A DNA stretch of 55,202 nucleotides from Candidatus Coprovivens sp. (GTDB lineage Bacteria > Bacillota_I > Bacilli_A > RF39 > UBA660): positions 25,982-81,183 of the forward strand of contig JBJFGS010000014.1 in the NCBI GenBank assembly GCA_051892935.1, written 5' to 3'. This document shows, in pieces, positions 1-8,479 of this stretch. The position numbers and the translations under genes were made by a program. A model generated the notes under the pieces. That model was not told the origin of the DNA and did not search any database. It saw nothing but the letters and a program-made list of their open reading frames with translations. Numbering within the stretch: position 1 is the first letter of the stretch; the number at the start of each line of letters is the position of its first letter.

Positions 1-745
1 CTGTAGTAGTTGTAATACTTCCACCATTTGAGTTAGCAGTTAACGTATATTCATTCGCATTACATACTGCATACAAAGTATCAACGATCTTATATACATA
101 AGATCCACTTGCATAAACAATACTTCCATTAGCACTAGTTGACCATCCACATGTATATCCAGTTTTTGTTATAGTAGGAAGAGTAGGAATAGTCCAACCA
201 GCTACTAATCCATAATAATCAACTCCGTAATAACTATAATAATAGTTAGAATTAAAAGAATCTGTAGGATTAGCAATTACTGAAAAAGTTGCAAACGCAC
301 TATACATACCATAATACCATCCACTAAATTTCCAAGAAAGAGATAAAGATTTAGTACCAGTAGTACCATTAATAGCAGCTCCAGTACCATTATCATTAAA
401 TGTAACCGTTTTATTAATAGATGTAACCGGAGAACCATTATAAGTAAAACTAGGTAATTCGCCAAGAGTACCAGATGTATCAGCACCAGCCTTTATAGCA
501 TAATTATAAGTCCACATTACCGATTTACTCCAACCAGTAGGTAATACAATTTCTACACCCTCTGGTACTCCACCATAATAAGCATAAATATCTACAGTTT
601 CAGGTAACTCAGCAGACTTAGAAATATTATTCACTTCATTAATAAAAAAATTCCTTTTTGAAATTATAAAAATAGTTAAAATAGTAACAAAAAATATTAA
701 AGCTAAAAAACATTTTTTAAAAATAGAATCTTTTACCCTACACAT
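1..745 (-). CDS. Secreted/surface protein with InlB-B/Flg_new-like repeats (runs off the window edge)
   Basis: Not in the ORF track. Manual translation from ATG 745 (RBS AGGAG) gives MCRVKDSIFKKCFLALIFFVTILTIF... with an N-terminal hydrophobic segment, then LPTITKTGYTCGWST...TLYAVC..NEYTLTANSNGG repeat motifs. Frame is open to position 1. Confidence 0.7.
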   Translation of the reverse strand, partial: MCRVKDSIFKKCFLALIFFVTILTIFIISKRNFFINEVNNISKSAELPETVDIYAYYGGVPEGVEIVLPTGWSKSVMWTYNYAIKAGADTSGTLGELPSFTYNGSPVTSINKTVTFNDNGTGAAINGTTGTKSLSLSWKFSGWYYGMYSAFATFSVIANPTDSFNSNYYYSYYGVDYYGLVAGWTIPTLPTITKTGYTCGWSTSANGSIVYASGSYVYKIVDTLYAVCNANEYTLTANSNGGSITTTT

Positions 746-801
746 AACTAACTAACTCCTATCATCGCTATTATTAAAATAATTATATCATATATATAAA
801 T

Positions 802-837
802 AAAAAAACAATTAAATAAAATCTATTTAATTGCTTT
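802..837 (-). terminator. Intrinsic terminator after rplT
   Basis: CAATTAAATA..TATTTAATTG hairpin followed by a T-run on the minus strand. Confidence 0.6.
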
Positions 838-857
838 ATTTAAATATACAACATTTA

Positions 858-1370
858 TTATTTAACTAATGCTTCTAATAATTCAGCTTTTTTCATAGAA
901 GTGTAATTTTCAATTCCTTGCTCTTTAGCAACTTCCTTTAATTCAGCAACTGTCATTTTAGAATAGTCTTTTGTTTCAGCCTTTACTTCTTTAGCAACAT
1001 TAGAAACATTTTTTCCTTCTAAAGCTACTTTAGAAATATCTACTAATTGAGTAAATGCTTTTGGATCATCAATAGCTATTGTAGATAACATTTTTCTATT
1101 AACTTCAACGCCAGCTTTAGTTAAACCATTTATAAATTTTGAATAACTAATTCCATTTTCTCTACAAGCAGCATTGATTCTTTGAATCCATAATTTTCTG
1201 AAATTTCTTTTATTTTGCTTTCTATCTCTAAATGCATAAACTCCACTATGGAAAGTTTGTTCTTGAGCAGTTTTAAATAATCTATGTTTAGAACCAAAAT
1301 ATCCTTTAGCAGCCTTTAAAACTTTTCTTCTTCTATTTTTAGCAACATTTCCGCCTTTAACTCTTGTCAT
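858..1370 (-). CDS. rplT: 50S ribosomal protein L20 with C-terminal Rho_N-like extension
   Basis: MTRVKGG...[14 protein letters not shown]20 signature; third gene of infC-rpmI-rplT; extra tail [34 protein letters not shown]. Confidence 0.97.
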   Translation of the reverse strand: MTRVKGGNVAKNRRRKVLKAAKGYFGSKHRLFKTAQEQTFHSGVYAFRDRKQNKRNFRKLWIQRINAACRENGISYSKFINGLTKAGVEVNRKMLSTIAIDDPKAFTQLVDISKVALEGKNVSNVAKEVKAETKDYSKMTVAELKEVAKEQGIENYTSMKKAELLEALVK

Positions 1371-1389
1371 CTCTTACTCCCCTTTCCTA

Positions 1390-1584
1390 TTAGATGAAGT
1401 CTTTTAGACGTCTAGCCATACCATCAGCTAATACGCCCTTTCTTCTTCTTTGTCTAACTGCTTTAGCAGTATCTTTACCAGTAATATGATTACCATTTGA
1501 TTTTTTATAAACTAATTGACCATTTTTCTTAGCTTTTAGAACTTTACTAGATGCTTTATGTGTTTTTTGTTTACATTTTCCCAT
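1390..1584 (-). CDS. rpmI: 50S ribosomal protein L35 (divergent)
   Basis: 64 aa basic protein with KQKTHKA..K and conserved H; lies between infC and rplT. Confidence 0.88.
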   Translation of the reverse strand: MGKCKQKTHKASSKVLKAKKNGQLVYKKSNGNHITGKDTAKAVRQRRRKGVLADGMARRLKDFI

Positions 1585-1607
1585 AATCTACTTCCTCTTT
1601 CTTAATA

Positions 1608-2132
1608 TTATTTTTTTGGTGCTAATAGCATTATCATAGTACGACCTTCTAATTTAGGCTGTGACTCGATAACAGATACATCGCTTAATTCATCAGCAAA
1701 ACGAAGCATAACTTCTTTTCCTAATTCAGGGCGATCTATTCTTCTACCTTTAAATCTAATAGAAACTTTAATCTTATGTCCCTTAACTAAATAATCAGAA
1801 GCATTTTTCTTACGAGTATTAAAATCATGAATATCAATATTTGGACTTAATTGATACTCTTTCATATCTTTATTACTCTCTCTTTGTTTCTTTTGTGATT
1901 CTTTAAGTTTTTTTTGCTTTTCATAACGGTATTTATTATAATCCATAATTTTTCCAACAGCTGGAACAGTATTCCCATTCATTAGAACCAAATCTAACCC
2001 AGCATAATTAGCAAGTGTCAAAGCATCTGCTATCTTCTTAACTCCCATTTGTTCTCCATTTGGACCAATAACCATTAATTCAGCCACTCTTATTTGCTCA
2101 TTGATTGGCATTTCGTTTTTATCCTTTGCTAT
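1608..2132 (-). CDS. infC: Translation initiation factor IF-3 (non-canonical ATA start)
   Basis: INEQIR..., KIMDYNKYRYE and KVSIRFKGR motifs; GGAGGT RBS 7 nt before an in-frame ATA at 2132. Confidence 0.96.
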   Translation of the reverse strand: MAKDKNEMPINEQIRVAELMVIGPNGEQMGVKKIADALTLANYAGLDLVLMNGNTVPAVGKIMDYNKYRYEKQKKLKESQKKQRESNKDMKEYQLSPNIDIHDFNTRKKNASDYLVKGHKIKVSIRFKGRRIDRPELGKEVMLRFADELSDVSVIESQPKLEGRTMIMLLAPKK

Positions 2133-2153
2133 AGTAAGCACCTCCACACAATT

Positions 2154-2280
2154 AAAAAGGGCGAACATCTAGTATCCACCCATAAAAAACTAATAAATAA
2201 TATATTATATTTTTATTTAGCCTTTAACCTACTGAAACTCACTTCAATCAGGTGGATGTGGATACATCGCTTTCTTTTCA
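2154..2280 (-). ncRNA. L20 leader (ribosomal protein autoregulatory RNA)
   Basis: 5' leader of infC containing CACCTGATTGA...TCAGTAGGTTAA, complementary GTATCCAC/GTGGATAC segments, and a hairpin plus T-run; matches the Firmicute L20 leader in position and style. Confidence 0.75.
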
Positions 2281-2292
2281 ATAACAAGATAG

Positions 2293-2321
2293 ATTATAAA
2301 CAACTTTTCCCTAATTGTCAA
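2293..2321 (-). promoter_or_regulatory. SigA promoter of the infC operon
   Basis: Perfect TTGACA-N17-TATAAT. Confidence 0.88.
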
Positions 2322-2359
2322 CTATTTTTTCTTTTTATATGCCGAATAAATACATTTTA

Positions 2360-4273
2360 TTACTTATTCAAAATCTTTTTATATACAATTTCATTATTGG
2401 CAATTAATTTATCAGTAAAAGATAATGGCATAAATAACATATATTTAATTTCTGTATTAGGTTCAAAATATACTCTCAAATGATAAGCTCCTTTTTTTCC
2501 TTGACCTTCAACAAGCGGTGGAACAAAACAATAAGAATCAACAAAACTAAAACGATTCTTATGAGTATGACCAAATACATCTATATAAGAATCATCTCTA
2601 CTTCTATTTATATGTCCATATATTTTATTTAAATATTCATTTAAACCATCTGTATCTATTCCATTATTCTTTACACTAATTGGAAAGAATGTTTGCGGAT
2701 GATGTAAATCAAATTGGCCAAGTATTCCACTAAAACCACTTAATGCAATTGTACTATGTGTAAAACCCAAATTGATAAAATCGTCTCTTTCTTGAGCCAA
2801 CATTTCAAGAGGATTAAATCCATATCTTAAAATATTTTTATCGTGATTTCCACCCAATACTGCATGATAAATACCATCAGCTTTTGGAATTAATGAAATT
2901 GCTTTTTCAGTTAGTTGATAATTCTGTTTAGCATCCTCATAATCAAATACCCTACTTCCACCAAATCCTTCAAAGAAATCACCTAAATTTAAAATTAACT
3001 TAATATTATTATTAATACAATAATTATTAATTGCATCCATATCACTTAAAACACTCTTATCAAGATTTGAAATATGAAAATCAGATACTAACAAAATATC
3101 ATAACATTCACAATCATAAGGAACCTCTATTGTAAAAGTATCATCAGTCACATATCTAGGAATTAATAAAGAATAAGAAGGTTCAGTAGCAAATGAATTA
3201 CTAGCTATATTAAACTTTCTTTTAAGTTGAACCATCAAAGATTTAATCTTTTCAGGTGAAACATTCATCCCTTTAGAATCTTTTAAATAACTTACCAATC
3301 CATTAATAGTTATTTTTCCCTCAATTAATTGACTATATATTAATTCCATTAAATGTTTATCTTTATTTTTATCAGAATTTTGCTGAGCTTTTTCTTTTCT
3401 TTGTTGTTCAAATTTGTCTGTTAACTGATTAAATTGTTCTAATAGATTTTCATAAAGTTCCCTGTAACCTTTACATTCCTCAAATTTTTCGTTAGAAATA
3501 CGTAATTGTTCTTTTATTTCTAAAAATTCTTTAACTAACGCTTCATACAATTCTTTATAAGGTCTTACATTAGTCAACTCAGTATCAGATAGTTCTAATT
3601 TAGCTTCTAATACTCTAACTTTTTGTTCTAACTCATTTATACTTTTATTTAAATTTCCAATTATTCTCTCATTATTAGAAATAGTATTAAGTAAATTAGA
3701 TACTTCTGATGACTTTTGATTATAAGTATTATTAATTTGTTCCATCTTTTTTTGTACTAAAGCATGAAGCTGAGCCAAATTATCGTATTCTCTTTTTAAA
3801 ATTTTAAGTTGTTCTTTTAAATCGGAAATTTCATTCAAATACTGAATAACAGATTCACTTTTCTCCTCTTTTGGATATAATTCATTAACGGTCTTTAATA
3901 GCGAAGCTAAATAGCCATCAGTAAATTCTAAATCAATATCATTATTAGTTCTATTTAAATACTCATCATAATATTCTTCAAAACTTCTTATTTTATCAAG
4001 TATCACTTCATCTACTTCAGAACCTGCTTCATGTACCCATTCTAAAAAAGATTCTACTGTAACGACTAACTTACTAACTTGTTTAATTGATATTTTTTCA
4101 TTTTTTTTAAACTCTTTAATTACTGCTTCAACAAAAAATTCTAAGAATTCTATATCTTTAATCTTTCCTCTTTTTCCTAAAGCATCACACAAATCTAAAT
4201 AGTATATTTCACCAATTGGATTTTCTCTTAAATATTTCATTATCTTAACTTTATCAACAGGCGTAATCGACAT
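2360..4273 (-). CDS. Coiled-coil protein with C-terminal calcineurin-like metallophosphoesterase domain
   Basis: Motifs SDFH, NLGD, GNHD, HH and GHTH; about 170 aa of heptad-rich region upstream. Confidence 0.8.
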   Translation of the reverse strand: MSITPVDKVKIMKYLRENPIGEIYYLDLCDALGKRGKIKDIEFLEFFVEAVIKEFKKNEKISIKQVSKLVVTVESFLEWVHEAGSEVDEVILDKIRSFEEYYDEYLNRTNNDIDLEFTDGYLASLLKTVNELYPKEEKSESVIQYLNEISDLKEQLKILKREYDNLAQLHALVQKKMEQINNTYNQKSSEVSNLLNTISNNERIIGNLNKSINELEQKVRVLEAKLELSDTELTNVRPYKELYEALVKEFLEIKEQLRISNEKFEECKGYRELYENLLEQFNQLTDKFEQQRKEKAQQNSDKNKDKHLMELIYSQLIEGKITINGLVSYLKDSKGMNVSPEKIKSLMVQLKRKFNIASNSFATEPSYSLLIPRYVTDDTFTIEVPYDCECYDILLVSDFHISNLDKSVLSDMDAINNYCINNNIKLILNLGDFFEGFGGSRVFDYEDAKQNYQLTEKAISLIPKADGIYHAVLGGNHDKNILRYGFNPLEMLAQERDDFINLGFTHSTIALSGFSGILGQFDLHHPQTFFPISVKNNGIDTDGLNEYLNKIYGHINRSRDDSYIDVFGHTHKNRFSFVDSYCFVPPLVEGQGKKGAYHLRVYFEPNTEIKYMLFMPLSFTDKLIANNEIVYKKILNK

Positions 4274-4334
4274 AATTCAAAATCCCCCTCAATAGCACAT
4301 ATAATATATCAATTATAATTAAAAATATCAAACA

Positions 4335-4362
4335 AAAAAAGATTATAAAACTATAATCTTTC
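4335..4362 (-). terminator. Intrinsic terminator
   Basis: AAAGATTATA..TATAATCTTT hairpin plus T-run. Confidence 0.6.
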
Positions 4363-4381
4363 TTTATATTATAATTTTTAA

Positions 4382-5797
4382 TCATAAACCTAATACTTCA
4401 ATATCACTATATTCATCTTTCTTTTTTCTTTTCTTATACCAATTGAATATTGATACAATTAATAATAGAACAACAATAGCAACTAAAATAATAATCACAA
4501 TATAATTACTAATTTTATTTTCTTTTACTATTTCCCATTTAGCATACAAAACAAGTTCTTGATTTTCTGAAAGAACATATCCTTTTTCTAAATCTTCTAA
4601 ATATTTTGCATTAACTTTTTTAGTATATTCTTTATCATAATACCATCCTACAAAATTAAATCCTTCTTTTGTAGGTACTTTTAACTCTGTTTTATTTCCA
4701 CAATTATAACATATGCCTTCATTTGATAGTTTTTCTCCACCATCTGTATCATAGATAATTGTAATTTTATTTTCATCATCTTTATCTGTTTTTTCATTTT
4801 CGGTATCAGGTTCAATATTTTTGTTCCACTTTGCATACAAGTTAACTTCTGTTAACAATAAGCAATTATTTTTATCATATTTTTGTGTAAATAATATTTC
4901 AGAAAAATCCGTACCAGAAACCTTTTTAGTTAATTCTGAATCATAATACCACCCATCAAAAGTATATCCTTCCCTATCGGCATTAGGAATTTTCATTGTT
5001 AATATATTACAATTAGAACAATACAAAACAGGTTCAATATTAGTACCACCATCAGTATTAAAAATAACTTTTAAATTATTAACCTCATTTGAACAAGTAT
5101 TATCTTCTTTTTTTATTTTAGTCCACTTAGCATATAAGTTAACAATAGCTTGTGTCTGACAACCATTAGCATCATATACCTTAGTATAAGTTACCTCTGT
5201 TGCATACTTAGTATTTACTTTACTTTTAAACTTTGAATCATAATACCATCCTACAAATTTATAACCTTCTCTTGTTGGTGTAGGTATAACAGGAGTTTCT
5301 GAATAATAACACCCTCCACAATGTGAAAATGAATCTATTTTATTACCACCATTAGTATTATAAATTATCTTATAAGGTGAAATTCCAACAGGACATATAG
5401 ATTCTTTATATTCAAAATTATTTTCCTCCCATTTTGCATAAAGAGTTGTCGTAACTAATTTTGTACATCCATTTTCATCATATTCTCGTGTAAATGGTAT
5501 ATCAAAATAACTATCTACATCTACTTTTTCAGTTAATTCTGAATCGTAATACCATCCTGCAAATAAATAACCATCTTTAGTTGGAATTGGTAAACTAGTA
5601 TCTGCCGGTTTCATAGAACTAACATAATCAGATTTTTCTTCGCTACCACCATTTGTATTATAAACAATCTCATGAGAAGCAACTCCCAACGGACACTGAA
5701 CATGTGAACCACTAACCTCATCAATTATATCTGTAGCATAACTAATCCCCAAACTAAGAAACAAAATTATTAATAAAATGACAAATACTTTTTTCAT
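4382..5797 (-). CDS. Membrane-anchored surface protein with four InlB-B/Flg_new (Listeria-Bacteroides) repeats
   Basis: Signal peptide; 4x (Y/F)(N/D)T(N/D)GG...PT(K/R)EGY.F.GWYYD...LYAKW; C-terminal TM followed by KKRKKK. Confidence 0.88.
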   Translation of the reverse strand: MKKVFVILLIILFLSLGISYATDIIDEVSGSHVQCPLGVASHEIVYNTNGGSEEKSDYVSSMKPADTSLPIPTKDGYLFAGWYYDSELTEKVDVDSYFDIPFTREYDENGCTKLVTTTLYAKWEENNFEYKESICPVGISPYKIIYNTNGGNKIDSFSHCGGCYYSETPVIPTPTREGYKFVGWYYDSKFKSKVNTKYATEVTYTKVYDANGCQTQAIVNLYAKWTKIKKEDNTCSNEVNNLKVIFNTDGGTNIEPVLYCSNCNILTMKIPNADREGYTFDGWYYDSELTKKVSGTDFSEILFTQKYDKNNCLLLTEVNLYAKWNKNIEPDTENEKTDKDDENKITIIYDTDGGEKLSNEGICYNCGNKTELKVPTKEGFNFVGWYYDKEYTKKVNAKYLEDLEKGYVLSENQELVLYAKWEIVKENKISNYIVIIILVAIVVLLLIVSIFNWYKKRKKKDEYSDIEVLGL

Positions 5798-5898
5798 AAA
5801 AATAAACTCCTACTCTTCTATCATGAAAATATCACTCTAATAGTAGAAAGTCAATCTAATAGAAAATCTATTTACAAAAAAAAGTAATATTTAACATA

Positions 5899-7926
5899 CT
5901 ACTTTCTTAAAACAGAATAAACTATTAATTCATGTTGTGCTCTAGTACAAGCAACATATAACAAATTCTTTTCATTTTTTAAATACTTACTATTTAAATC
6001 ACTATAAACTATAACACTATCAAATTCTAAACCTTTAGCCAAATAAGCAGGTAAAACAACTAATTCTTTATTAAATTCTTCACTTTGACCGTTTAATAGA
6101 GAAATAGGGAAAATATCTTTAATACTTTCATACAACCTTTGAGCTGTATTACTATCTCTAGTTATAACAGCAACTGACTTATATTTTTTCCTTAAATACT
6201 CGATATCATCAAGTAATTTATTACTATCAGTTCTATGTATTAATGGAACTTTATCCGTTTTTCTAATAGCACACACATGATTAAGACCTAATATTTTATT
6301 AGTAAACTCTATTATCTCAGGACTAGATCTATAAGTTTTAGTTAAACTTATACATTTACTTTGTTTAAAAATATCAGCAAGAACATCTAAGCTTTCATAT
6401 TTATAGTAAGGATTAATAGTTTGATTAACATCACCCAATATTGTAAAATTACTATTTCTAAATATTTTACTTATAATTAAGTATTGTAAATAATTATAAT
6501 CTTGAGCTTCATCTATTACAACCTGCCTAATATCTCTTTCATAAGGAAAACCCTCAAGCAATCCTTTTATATAAACAAACAATATAGCATCATCATATCC
6601 TATAATCTTACTTTTATTAAATTTTTTTATTTCATCATCATTAAATCTTATTTTACAATAAGGACTAGAAAAGAAACCTAAATAAATATCTTTATAATCT
6701 TTTTTAAAACTACTATTCTCCATAATAAGCTTTCTATATGTTGGCTTCTTTTTGGAACTTCCCTTATAATTTGCAGAGCTCAATTTTTCCGCAATAACAT
6801 CTACTCTTTCAAAAAAAGGCAGTGTATTATAACGATTATGCAACAAATCATTTAATTCATCTTTGTATATAGTATAAACTTTATTCTCAGTAAAATCATT
6901 TATTACTCTTGCTTTACGAATAAAATCTTCTATGTAAAGATTAATATCATTAATAATCTCATCACTCTGCTTATATTTAATTAACTCAGGATTAAAAACT
7001 TTTTCAGAATAAAATTTACCAATAAAATCCATAAATGGTTCAACTTCTTGAAATTCAGTTATACTAGTACTTAAATAATCATTAAAAGTAGTTTGTAAAG
7101 TATTATCTTCACCTAATTCAGGTAATACATTAGATATATACTCAGTAAATATTTGATTAGGTGAAAAAATAAGAACATCATTACTTGTCAAATTTTTTAT
7201 CTTATATAATAAAAAAGCAATTCTATGTAAAGCAACACTAGTTTTACCGCTACCAGCAATTCCAGATACAATCAAAGTTTTATCTCTAACATTACGTATT
7301 ACATTATTTTGTTCCTGTTGAATAGTATTAACAATATTCTTCATTTTATCATTACTATCAGTTGCTAAAACTTCTTGTAACAATTCATCATCAATATTCA
7401 TAGAATTATCAAAAGCACTAATTAACCTGCGATTAATTATCTTATACTGTCTTTTTCTAATAAGTTGACCTTTAACAGGTCCACCAGGAGCAGCATACGC
7501 ACAAGGACCTACCTCAAAATCATAGAATAAACTACATATAGGACTTCTCCAATCATATATAATATTACCATAATCATCATCTTTTAAATAAGTTAAACCT
7601 AAATAGACACTATATCTTTCTTTATTTTCATCTTCAAATATGACAGAAGCAAAATAAGGATTATCCTTAATTCTATAAAGTTTTTTAAAATAGTTTTGCT
7701 TCATAAATATTTTATTAGCTTCAAATTCACTTTCGACAGTAGCTTGATTTAACTCTTGAGCATCCATCGCTCTCATATTATCCCAAGTATACTTCCTAAA
7801 TTCTAAAAACTTATCTTCATTCTCAAAAATATCTTCCCCCATAGAAGCTAATTTATCATCAAGTAATTTAATTACTTCTTCAAGCCTTCTTTCTTCAAGT
7901 TCAAAATCTCTTCCAGTTATTGCCAT
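5899..7926 (-). CDS. helD: HelD-like UvrD-family helicase (RNA polymerase recycling factor)
   Basis: PYFA, IYDWRSP, IVNTIQQEQ, GIAGSGKTSVALHRIAFLLY, IDEAQD, KGLEFD and YVACTRA motifs; start moved to ATG 7926 after the RBS. Confidence 0.88.
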   Translation of the reverse strand: MAITGRDFELEERRLEEVIKLLDDKLASMGEDIFENEDKFLEFRKYTWDNMRAMDAQELNQATVESEFEANKIFMKQNYFKKLYRIKDNPYFASVIFEDENKERYSVYLGLTYLKDDDYGNIIYDWRSPICSLFYDFEVGPCAYAAPGGPVKGQLIRKRQYKIINRRLISAFDNSMNIDDELLQEVLATDSNDKMKNIVNTIQQEQNNVIRNVRDKTLIVSGIAGSGKTSVALHRIAFLLYKIKNLTSNDVLIFSPNQIFTEYISNVLPELGEDNTLQTTFNDYLSTSITEFQEVEPFMDFIGKFYSEKVFNPELIKYKQSDEIINDINLYIEDFIRKARVINDFTENKVYTIYKDELNDLLHNRYNTLPFFERVDVIAEKLSSANYKGSSKKKPTYRKLIMENSSFKKDYKDIYLGFFSSPYCKIRFNDDEIKKFNKSKIIGYDDAILFVYIKGLLEGFPYERDIRQVVIDEAQDYNYLQYLIISKIFRNSNFTILGDVNQTINPYYKYESLDVLADIFKQSKCISLTKTYRSSPEIIEFTNKILGLNHVCAIRKTDKVPLIHRTDSNKLLDDIEYLRKKYKSVAVITRDSNTAQRLYESIKDIFPISLLNGQSEEFNKELVVLPAYLAKGLEFDSVIVYSDLNSKYLKNEKNLLYVACTRAQHELIVYSVLRK

Positions 7927-8065
7927 AATTCCACCCTCACTTCCTAGCATAACAAAATTCCACTATAAAATTAAAATAATAGCGGCATTCTTCAAAAACT
8001 AATTGTCAAAGTAAAAAGTCTATTTAAGTATACAATTAATTATTAAGTATTTCAAGTAACAAAAT

Positions 8066-8095
8066 AAAAAAAGTGATTTACAAATCACTTTTTTA
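8066..8095 (-). terminator. Intrinsic terminator ending the T7SS substrate operon
   Basis: AAAAAAGTGATTT-AC-AAATCACTTTTTT palindrome. Confidence 0.75.
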
Positions 8096-8458
8096 TTAAT
8101 AATTACTTTGTTCAGCAAATGGAGTAAAAGGACTAGGATTAGTAGAAGCATTTTCTACATTAGCTCCAGCATTAGCGTTTTCTTCTTCAATAGAAGCAAC
8201 AATTTTATTAAGTTTATCTTTAAATGCTCTTTCTTCTTCATCTTCATAACCTAAGAAGAAAATCTTATCAATTTGATCATGATCGAATAAGCATACTTGA
8301 TTGGAACTTAAGTAACCTTCTGGATAAACACAACCACTATAGTCATAAATCTTTTCTTGATTTTCTTGAGCTACTGAACAAAAACCAGTAATCATAGCTC
8401 TTTTTCTTCCACCTTTTAATAATACAACAGTACCAATTGGTAAATATTTTTCTTTCAT
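8096..8458 (-). CDS. DUF4176 family T7SS-associated protein
   Basis: LPIGTVVLLKGG...MITG...YDYSGCVYPEG...FDHDQIDKIFFLGYED signature. Confidence 0.9.
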   Translation of the reverse strand: MKEKYLPIGTVVLLKGGRKRAMITGFCSVAQENQEKIYDYSGCVYPEGYLSSNQVCLFDHDQIDKIFFLGYEDEEERAFKDKLNKIVASIEEENANAGANVENASTNPSPFTPFAEQSNY

Positions 8459-8479
8459 TTTAATCCTCCTATTATTCTA

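Noticed and set aside
277-486. 69-aa Leu-rich ORF and similar short overlapping ORFs (8563, 9394, 11568, 11591, 12163, 15427, 20536, 32577, 36752, 46241, 49772 etc.)
   Set aside because: Alternate-frame or antisense shadows of longer genes with clear motifs
2130-2132. ATA start codon of infC as a novelty
   Set aside because: Non-canonical infC starts are an established autoregulatory feature
2094-2483. 129-aa plus-strand ORF
   Set aside because: Antisense to the infC start, L20 leader and promoter; no RBS or recognisable motif
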